From an archaeon (GTDB taxonomy: Archaea > Iainarchaeota > Iainarchaeia > Iainarchaeales > CSSED10-239), in assembly GCA_041657425.1 (NCBI GenBank), contig JBBABY010000011.1, forward strand, positions 1-32,000: a stretch of DNA of 32,000 nt, read 5' to 3'. How positions within the stretch are numbered: the stretch's first letter is position 1; the number at the start of each line of letters is the position of its first letter. This document shows positions 7,850-15,700 of the stretch, piece by piece. The notes under the pieces were generated by a model that was not told the DNA's origin, ran no database searches, and was given only the letters and a program-made list of their open reading frames with translations. Both the position numbers and the translations under genes were made by a program.

Positions 7850-8374
7850 ATGATTATGTTAAAATTAAACAATAAAGGACAAGCATCATCAACATTTCAA
7901 TTATTGATTGCTGCAGTAGTTGCACTTGCAATACTTGGAGTATTGTTAAGTATATTAAATGTAATTCCCGGACCAAATGCGGATCCAAGTAATGCTACAA
8001 AAACATTGTTAAAAACTCAAGTAGATAGTCCTGGTGCAGAGCAATGTACTACAAAAGTAACATTTACTAGAAGTGTGTCTAGAGTTGCTACAGAATCAAT
8101 TACTGCAGAAACAGGATTAGATCCAGAACAAGTGTATTTCGATAATCCAGAAGGTATGACTCCACCATTTGAACTTAGTGAAAATCAACAATTACTTAAA
8201 TATACATCTACTACTTCAAAAAAAGTAATTATGTGTATTATTTGTTCAAATAGTATAGAACATTTAAATTCTGCAATTAGTGAAAATGCAAAGTCTACAG
8301 ATGATTTTGGAAATGTGCCAGAGGTAGAAGATGGACAAACACTTTGTGTAGTTTATCCAAGAAAAACAGCATAA
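7850..8374 (+). CDS. Archaeal type IV pilin with a canonical class III signal peptide
   Basis: MIMLKLNNKG/QASSTFQLLIAAVVALAILGVLLSIL shows the [KR]G-Q-A cleavage motif followed by a hydrophobic helix. The globular head of about 125 aa has 4 Cys. Confidence 0.8.
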   Translation: MIMLKLNNKGQASSTFQLLIAAVVALAILGVLLSILNVIPGPNADPSNATKTLLKTQVDSPGAEQCTTKVTFTRSVSRVATESITAETGLDPEQVYFDNPEGMTPPFELSENQQLLKYTSTTSKKVIMCIICSNSIEHLNSAISENAKSTDDFGNVPEVEDGQTLCVVYPRKTA

Positions 8375-8389
8375 TTAAGATGAAACATT

Positions 8390-8626
8390 ATGAATTTTAA
8401 ACAAGAGCTGAAAAGGTTATTGAAGGAGAAGAGAGGACAGGCTGATGGGGCTTCTACTCTCTATATGCTAATAATCGTAGCTGTAGTTGCTCTTGTTCTA
8501 ATTTCTGTTATTAAACCAATGTTTAGTAGAAGTATGAAAACTCAAGTGGATCTTGCAAATCTCCCTAATCAAGGAACAACTGCAAGTCCAACTGTTAATG
8601 CTCCTGCAACTACTGGAACAACTTAA
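8390..8626 (+). CDS. Small type IV pilin (78 aa precursor) and a candidate major subunit
   Basis: KEKRG/QADGASTLYMLIIVAVVALVLISVI class III signal peptide, with a short Thr/Pro-rich tail TTASPTVNAPATTGTT. The size is like that of short archaeal major pilins. Confidence 0.7.
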   Translation: MNFKQELKRLLKEKRGQADGASTLYMLIIVAVVALVLISVIKPMFSRSMKTQVDLANLPNQGTTASPTVNAPATTGTT

Positions 8627-8687
8627 ATTATCAAGTAAAAGCAAAACAACAAGCTTTTTAAATTCTTTTTCTATATTTATTTCTAAT

Positions 8688-9281
8688 ATGAACAATAATA
8701 TCTCTGTGATTAAAAGTAAACGTGGACAAGCAAGTGCTCCTTTCGAAGTTTTAGTCGCTGTTATTCTTATGGGCTTTGTTATAATCGCAGGCACCTGGGC
8801 CTTAACTAATCTTTCTCAAAGTACTTGTATTGGGGATAAGAGACAAAATATGAGTGAACTTAAAGAAGCAATTAGAGATGTTGTTCTTGGTTCTGATTTA
8901 ACAATTAAAAATATAAGTTTTGATACAAGACCTTGCTTAAATCAAAAATATGAAACAATAACACTTACAAGTTATGATAGCCCAACTAGATGTCAAGCAT
9001 ATTGTGGTGGTGGAGAAAATTGTATTTTAATGGAATATATTTATGATGATGGAAAAACTAGACAAATGCCAATTACTCCAATCTGTATGGATTTACCAAC
9101 AGCAATAAGTTTTGAAACATCATTAGCAGAGTGTGGTACTCAATATCTCCCTGAGGACTGGTTTGCAATGAATCTAAGTTCAAGTCCAAGTCCGAATATA
9201 ACTTCTGGAAAATATAGATTATTTATGAAAAGTACAAGTAGTAATAGTGTAAGAGAAATGTGTTTTCTAAAGAGATTGTGA
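8688..9281 (+). CDS. Pilin-like protein with a class III signal peptide and a Cys-rich head (8 Cys)
   Basis: I prefer the ATG at 8688 (MNNNISVIKSKRG/QASAPFEVLVAVILMGFVIIAG). The track start at 8553 would overlap gene 8390-8626 and add a low-complexity extension. Confidence 0.75.
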   Translation: MNNNISVIKSKRGQASAPFEVLVAVILMGFVIIAGTWALTNLSQSTCIGDKRQNMSELKEAIRDVVLGSDLTIKNISFDTRPCLNQKYETITLTSYDSPTRCQAYCGGGENCILMEYIYDDGKTRQMPITPICMDLPTAISFETSLAECGTQYLPEDWFAMNLSSSPSPNITSGKYRLFMKSTSSNSVREMCFLKRL

Positions 9282-9288
9282 AAAATAA

Positions 9289-9984
9289 ATGATTGAATTT
9301 TCTTTATCTAAATTAAATATGTTAATATTTGTTACAGCTGTTGCAGCGATAGTTATCTTTTTTATGGCAGCAGTTAATTCTCAAATGAAAACAAGACAAA
9401 GTTTTGAACTAGTCTATAAAGTTGGAAAGGAACTAAAGACAGGTATTGAAAGTAATAGTTATTGTACGGTTAAGTTCATTACTATTCCAAAAACAATACA
9501 AACAAATTCTAATGGATCAGATGCATTTAATATAAAGTATAAATTAAATATTTCAGCTTATGCAGAGAAAAAGAAGTTAGTTCTAGCAGTAATTGATAGA
9601 AAACAATATAAACCAAAAATCTATGCAGCTTATGATATTGATTATGAAGGAACTATGAAATTATATAATTCTGTTTGTAATGCCGATACTCAATGTAATG
9701 GATCTACAAATATAGAAGTGACCGGTGGAGATCCAAGTATAGTTGATTTTGATCCATTAAAAGTAAATTCCATTGATACTCAGATTCTTTTTGCAAAAAC
9801 AATTAATAATGGCAGTCCTACAATATATTTAATTCCTTGTCTTTATAAGAATGGAATATATAGTTGTCGTGCTTTCTTAAATGCTGATAGTTCTGGAACA
9901 AAATTAAAAGATTTAATACCATGTCTAGGAGCAGTAAGTAATTTAGTTGATTATACTGATCAATCAACAGGAAGTGCAAGTTAG
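9289..9984 (+). CDS. N-terminally anchored secreted protein, possibly a minor pilin, with no canonical KGQ motif
   Basis: MIEFSLSKLNMLIFVTAVAAIVIFFMAAV hydrophobic N-terminus, 6 Cys, in-operon position. Confidence 0.5.
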   Translation: MIEFSLSKLNMLIFVTAVAAIVIFFMAAVNSQMKTRQSFELVYKVGKELKTGIESNSYCTVKFITIPKTIQTNSNGSDAFNIKYKLNISAYAEKKKLVLAVIDRKQYKPKIYAAYDIDYEGTMKLYNSVCNADTQCNGSTNIEVTGGDPSIVDFDPLKVNSIDTQILFAKTINNGSPTIYLIPCLYKNGIYSCRAFLNADSSGTKLKDLIPCLGAVSNLVDYTDQSTGSAS

Positions 9985-10497
9985 ATGAACAAAAAAGGAT
10001 ACATTGGAGCAATTGGTGACGATCTCCCAAGTTTAATACCAATATTCTTAGGTATAACTATCTTCTTTGCTGTATTTTTAAGTACCTATAATGTTTATAG
10101 AAATAACACAGACCTTTATTCTTTAAGAAACGATGCAATAAATATTGCAGGAGTTATGAAAGAAGAACCATTAATTGCTGATCAAAATCAGTTTAATAAA
10201 TCTTGTGGAAGAATAAAAACTAAATATAACTGGAATGCATTTATTACTTCTTTTGATCTTAATTCAGATAATTATCATTCTCTTAAACCCAGTGATCTTA
10301 ATCCAGATGTACTATATCAACATTGGGAAGAGGAAGAACTAGGCACTTCTAGAAAACTAATATGTAAGGAAGATGGATTAGAAGAATTAAAAACAACACT
10401 TGAAACAAAAGATGTAACAATCTATAAATACCCAATAACTGTTCAACAGGAATTCTTTGCAGAGCCAGCGTGGTTATATGTTGCAGTTTGGAAATAG
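9985..10497 (+). CDS. N-terminally anchored pilin-like or pilus accessory protein
   Basis: MNKKG/YIGAIGDDLPSLIPIFLGITIFFAVFL (KG followed by a hydrophobic helix). 2 Cys. The ATG directly abuts the preceding TAG. Confidence 0.5.
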   Translation: MNKKGYIGAIGDDLPSLIPIFLGITIFFAVFLSTYNVYRNNTDLYSLRNDAINIAGVMKEEPLIADQNQFNKSCGRIKTKYNWNAFITSFDLNSDNYHSLKPSDLNPDVLYQHWEEEELGTSRKLICKEDGLEELKTTLETKDVTIYKYPITVQQEFFAEPAWLYVAVWK

Positions 10498-10506
10498 GAA
10501 AGAATT

Positions 10507-11313
10507 ATGAAACTAGCACCAATTAAATTAAGAAGTAAAAAAGGACAAGCAGCAATAACTGATGCTTTATTTTTCTTATTAGTAATTGTAACTCTTTCTG
10601 TTTTAATGTTTAGGTATTCTTCAACTTATGGAACAAGAATTAATCAAGCAACTTCTGATTTATATTATAAAGAATATACAAATTCAGTTTTAAAAACAAT
10701 ATTTTATACCTCTGTTCCATTAAATTATTCTCTTGATCTCAATTCTAGTTTAGAAACAGATTATTTGATGACACAAGTAAAACAAAATTACTATGCAAAT
10801 GGAAAGATTGGGGAGTCTGATATTAATAGCTTAAATATTGGCACTCCTGGGGCTCCGGACTATAGAGATCTTGCAAAATTTAATTTATTTCATACAGTGA
10901 AAGCAACAATGATTCCATTAAGTTCTCATGATTATGTGTTTTATCTTTATAATGATGAAAATGATTCATTTGCTTATTTTATGATTAAGAATACTAATTT
11001 CAATCCAGTTGAGTTAAATTCAAATGCTCCAAGAAATGCAACTGCTCGTGGGATTGTAAATTATACTAATTCAATTCCTAATTATTATCTTTGTAATCCA
11101 AATGGCTATGCAGATATAAGAGATGTAATTTCTAGATCTCCAAAAATTTTCTCATCTTCTGTACCTTTATCTTTTCAACAATATACTGAAATTGGAAATA
11201 ATGTGTCATATCCTAAATCAACAGTCATTGCAACATTTGCTATTTGGCCAGCAACAGTCGATATCAATTCAATAATGCTAGAAGAGCAATTGAATTGTAA
11301 AATCGTGGATTAA
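10507..11313 (+). CDS. Large pilin-like protein with a class III signal peptide, a candidate minor or tip pilin
   Basis: MKLAPIKLRSKKG/QAAITDALFFLLVIVTLSVL. 268 aa, 2 Cys, several N-x-S/T sequons. Confidence 0.7.
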   Translation: MKLAPIKLRSKKGQAAITDALFFLLVIVTLSVLMFRYSSTYGTRINQATSDLYYKEYTNSVLKTIFYTSVPLNYSLDLNSSLETDYLMTQVKQNYYANGKIGESDINSLNIGTPGAPDYRDLAKFNLFHTVKATMIPLSSHDYVFYLYNDENDSFAYFMIKNTNFNPVELNSNAPRNATARGIVNYTNSIPNYYLCNPNGYADIRDVISRSPKIFSSSVPLSFQQYTEIGNNVSYPKSTVIATFAIWPATVDINSIMLEEQLNCKIVD

Positions 11314-11331
11314 AAAAATAGAAATAATAAA

Positions 11332-12108
11332 TTAGAATTTTAATCCTAATTCATCATCACCAATAACTTCACTTTCAAAGTCCGGATCTTTTTCTTCATC
11401 GTCTCCAAAATCAAGATGCTCTACTTTCTTTTCTTTCTTTGTTTTTTTGTCTGAACTTGTTGTTGCTTGTTTCTTTGTTTCTTCTTTAGGTTTTTCTGAG
11501 TTGGTAATGATTGAATCACGTGCTGAGTGTCTGCTTCTTTTTGTTTCAATTTCTTTAGGACTATTGTTGTTTGATTCACTTGTCTTTGTTTTGTCTTTTC
11601 TATCTTTATCTCTAATTTCTTCCTTTTTAGTTTCTTCAACAATATCATCAATTACAAGTTCAAGTTCTTTTCTGTCGTTTAAGAAGTCATAATCTCCTGA
11701 GACTCTCGTCCTAGAATTAGTGAGTTCGCTTCCATTATTTGTTCTTTCTTTTCTTGAGGACCTATAATGAGCATTATCTTGAACAATTTGTTTAATTGTT
11801 TCTTGATTAACATTAACTTCAGTATTAGATAATTGAGAATAGATAACATCAGTAATTTCATCAATGTCCGGATTAATACTATCTTTCATCTCTGTAAGTA
11901 TTTTATCAATTATTTGTTTTTTGTCTTTTATTGTAATTGTTGTTTCTTTAGATAAAGGCCCCGGAATGGTGGTTTCTTTTTCTGGTGAGCTAGTAACAGG
12001 AGCGTCCTTATATTCAACCTCTCCGTTCTCTTCAGTTCTATAAAATCTTCGTTCTCTTCTTTTAATTTTAGTAATATCCATAATTATCTCTCTTTTATCA
12101 TATAACAT
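11332..12108 (-). CDS. Highly charged, low-complexity (K/E/D/S/T-rich) protein of unknown function
   Basis: 258 aa with no TM segment, convergent on the end of the pilus operon. The biased composition also leaves shadow ORFs open in other frames. The true start may be the internal MDITKIKRR. Confidence 0.5.
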   Translation of the reverse strand: MLYDKREIIMDITKIKRRERRFYRTEENGEVEYKDAPVTSSPEKETTIPGPLSKETTITIKDKKQIIDKILTEMKDSINPDIDEITDVIYSQLSNTEVNVNQETIKQIVQDNAHYRSSRKERTNNGSELTNSRTRVSGDYDFLNDRKELELVIDDIVEETKKEEIRDKDRKDKTKTSESNNNSPKEIETKRSRHSARDSIITNSEKPKEETKKQATTSSDKKTKKEKKVEHLDFGDDEEKDPDFESEVIGDDELGLKF

Positions 12109-12190
12109 ATAAGCATATAATATTTAAAAACTATTATGTTAATATATATAAATATATTTAAGTATATTATTATATAAAAAAGACAAAAAT

Positions 12191-12724
12191 ATGAGTTCAA
12201 TACTATTAACGATATTAAATTACGTTTGGGTTTTTATAAAACTATTATTATTCAGTGCAGTTGCATCATTGCCTTTTATTGGAATTACTTATCTTTTAAA
12301 GACTCAATTTCTAAAATTAAGAACTAAAAAACTAAGTTATGCTTTGTCGTTATACATTCTAATTTATATTATTTCTTTTATTGGTCTAGTATTTATTTAC
12401 TTTATACCAATACTAGATAAATTTTCAACATTTACATTTCTAAACGGAATTGGTTTTGTAGTATTTCAGTTAATAAGATTATTACTAATAAATCTATTAC
12501 TATCTGCAATGATGTTTATTATTGCAATGTTTATTTCATTACTATATGATTCTTTTATAGAGAAGAAAGACAAGAAAAAGAAAGTAGTTAAAGTAAAAAT
12601 AGAAAAATTATCTTTCTTAAACTTGTGGAAAAGTTTTTCCATGGTTTTCTTTGTTATGTTTTTATTTATATTAATTGTTTTTCCATCATTAATAGCAATG
12701 ATTATGTATTTGATATTTATGTAA
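12191..12724 (+). CDS. Polytopic membrane protein, function unknown, immediately upstream of the giant gene
   Basis: 177 aa, about 5 TM helices plus a KKDKKKKVVKVK loop. There is a 12-nt gap to the next gene. Confidence 0.55.
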   Translation: MSSILLTILNYVWVFIKLLLFSAVASLPFIGITYLLKTQFLKLRTKKLSYALSLYILIYIISFIGLVFIYFIPILDKFSTFTFLNGIGFVVFQLIRLLLINLLLSAMMFIIAMFISLLYDSFIEKKDKKKKVVKVKIEKLSFLNLWKSFSMVFFVMFLFILIVFPSLIAMIMYLIFM

Positions 12725-12736
12725 GGTGTTTTACAA

Positions 12737-15700
12737 ATGAATGAATTAATAAAAAAAACGTGGGTTATTTTCTTTTTAATAATATTCTGTAATAGTATAT
12801 TTGCAGGAATTAATCCTGACAGATTATATTTTGCAGACACCGAAAATTCCTCACCTAGTAAAACAGGAATAGTTTTTGATCGTGGAAACGGATGTATGAC
12901 TACAGAGCTTCCAGAAGAATCAGTAAATGCGTTATGGAAAGAAATACTAATTAAAGGATTTTCCGTAGACACCTTAGGTTCTGATCAACCTGAAAATCTA
13001 AAAAGAGAAACTTTAGATAAAAATCAATTACTATTAACTGAAGCAGATGCTAAAGCAGGGGATATGGCAATAAAAAAAGAAATTCCCTCTCAATTAATAG
13101 ATCCATTAGAAGTGCCAATGCTTATTGGAAAAACCTGTCAAGGGGCTTTTTCATATGGAGCAAATTTAAAAGAAACACTAAGAGTTGGAAGATGTACTGG
13201 AAAAGACGCAGACAGTGAATGCTACTTAGCAGATTATGGACAATATAGACAAAACGGAATGACTGGTTTTTTAAAAGAAACAAAAGTTGTAGGTAAAGAT
13301 CTTATTAAAGGATTAAAAGACACATTAACTCTTAATGGCGATAGTAATTCAGATTCTAATAAAACAATGAATGAAGACTTAGGAGCATTTACAGATATTT
13401 CTTCAGCAGAATTAGAGCAATATTATCAAGCAATGGAAGCTAGTGATAGTAATTCTATTGAAACTGAAACTTGGAAATCAGTAGGTAATAAAGTTATAGA
13501 AAATACTTCTTTTACAACTAATTTCGCAGTAACAATGCAAACTACTTGTAGAGGAGAAAATTGTTATATTAATACTTATTCTTTATTTGATAAAATGTTT
13601 AATCAATATTTTTCTTTAGATATGGTTTATAGTGCAACATCTCCTGTGTTTTACAATACTATGGCAAGAATTGTAAATAATACCCCACTAGTTAAGAAAG
13701 GGTTAACTGCACTTCCAACTGCTTTAAAGAAAAAAGGGATAATTAAAGAAGGCGGATTTATAGATACTTTAACAAAAGATCCTGGTTTATTTATTCAAGA
13801 TCCATTTGGAAGAATAAAAAAATCATTTGATGCAGGGATATTTAGAAAATCTAATGTTGATAATTATGTTGAAGTTAATCTTAAACATTTTGATATACTA
13901 AAAAGAGATATACAAAACAATGATATTCAAGATGAAATAACTGCAACTTTAAAAGCACTTCAAGATAATCCTGGCGCAACTGCAGCCACAACTCAAGATT
14001 TAATTATTAAGAATTCTGCAAAATTAAATGCAGTTCAAAAAAGAGCATATGCTGATGTTATGCAAATATATCAATCAAAATTTGCAGCATCAAATGCATT
14101 ATTAAAATCAAAGATTGCAGATGGTGATTTTATAAGTGCAAAAAAAATAATTGATGAAGTAAGAGCAAATGGAGAACCAATTGATAACGCTCTAAGAAAA
14201 TTAACAAAAACACAACTTGATGCTTATGAAGATGCAGCATATACTGCTTCAACATTATCTCAAGCACATAAAGATATGGGATTTTCATCATATAGTTGGC
14301 AAGATGGATTTGATAAATCTGCAATAGTTGCTGACAGAAAATTACCAATTGCGGAAGTCAGTAGTACAGGTGTACCAGGCACACCTCCCACTATAACTAA
14401 AACCACTTTGGATTTAAAAACATATAAATCAAAAGACGGACATTCCTTCGGAGAGTTATTAGACAAAGAAAAACTGGGTACTGAATTTAATGGTTTTAGA
14501 TATAAGACTGATAGTAAATATGGATATGTAATGAAAGATATGGGCGATGTTCAAACAATTGATTATAAGATAATTCTCGCAGATGGAACTGAAGTTACAA
14601 GAAAAAGATTAAAAACAGTTATTGAAAATGTTGATAGATCAATACCAGGATATCCCGCAAATTTCGATGATTTAAAGGCAATTGCAAAAGAAAATCCTAA
14701 TGCAGTAATTTCCTATTTAGATGGATCAACAATAAAAGAAATTAAAGGGTATCAATTAAATGATACCTTGAAAGCAAAAATCACTTCTTTTGGAGGGACC
14801 GGAAATACAACAGTTTATACAAATGTAAAACCCGATTTTGTAGATAATGCGCTTCCTATTGATCCTTCAACAATACATCCAATTACAAATCCTTTAGGAA
14901 GTCCATATGCTGCCGGAGCATTAGATACAGATCCATTAGAAACAATGGCTTCATTAATGGACACCACTCCTGGTAAATTATCAGGTACTACTGGACGTTT
15001 TGATGAAGTTAATACTGCTCTAGCAAATAAAGAATGGGTTACAGGAAGAGGAAGAGATTTTATTTCTCAGCAATCTAAAATATATAATGGTGCGGCTTAT
15101 CAAAGATTTTTTACAAGAAATCCACTTGCTTTTGGAATTAATTTTGGATATTGGCAATTTAAAACAATGGGGAATACAATATTTGGAGAAACTCTTGGGC
15201 TAACTGAATATTCTATGTACCAATTACCTGAAACATATTCTGCTTTGCAAATAAAACATAAAGAAAATGCAAAAATTTATGATGATGCATATGTTGATTT
15301 CTTTGCAAATGATGGTTCTGATCAAGGAGATCTATTTATGGCATTTTTAAATTCTGGACTAATGTGGGCTAATTGGGCACCTCAAAAAATAATTGGTTCA
15401 ATAGAAGCAGATTGGGCACAATCTCTTAAAAGTACAATGAATAATATAACTCAAGGTCAAATAAAAAGATCAAAAGTTGATGATATTGTTTTAATTACAA
15501 ATAATATTAATTCTGGTTGTAATCAATCATGTAATTTTTCAATAGCTTCTGATTATTTAGAAAAAAATACTAAAAATGCGTCAATGGCTATGGAATTACA
15601 AATGATAGACTCTAATGCTCCGACAGATGTAAATAGTTCAACAGATGTAAATGCTCCAAAGAACCTTAATTCAAGTACATCAATACAACCCGCAATAAAT

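Noticed and set aside
8637-8658. Hairpin AAAAGC-(10 nt)-GCTTTT followed by a T-run after the small pilin gene, as an attenuator setting major-to-minor pilin stoichiometry. There is a similar weak hairpin at 4202-4230.
   Set aside because: The stems are 6-7 bp and almost entirely A-T, with large loops. Such structures arise by chance throughout DNA of this composition.
8553-8687. N-terminal extensions offered by the track: 8553 start for the 8688 pilin, 23251 start for gene 22475-23152, 24795 start for the 50-aa protein, and 6604 start for 6613.
   Set aside because: The extensions overlap neighbouring genes and encode low-complexity sequence. They would also bury a class III signal peptide or a conserved paralogue start. 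The internal ATGs give non-overlapping genes.
12466-12972. 168-aa minus-strand ORF overlapping the end of gene 12191-12724 and the start of the giant gene. The track lists many similar antisense or alternate-frame ORFs: 420-620, 822-1037, 1191-1460, 1982-2173, 5919-6107, 6216-6401, 7066-7260, 8498-8794, 9818-10042, 11421-11651, 11447-11692, 11679-11864, 14130-14348, 14260-14466, 15753-15980, 16086-16511, 20944-21243, 23371-23670, 24004-24258, 24542-24766, 24987-25352, 25446-25652, 25583-25786, 25898-26092, 27444-27722, 28206-28397, 29971-30339 and 31047-31238.
   Set aside because: Each lies inside or across a longer ORF that has recognisable motifs or a coherent membrane or secreted architecture. 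Their products are Leu/Ile/Phe/Ser-rich low-complexity strings, typical of shadow frames in AT-rich coding DNA.
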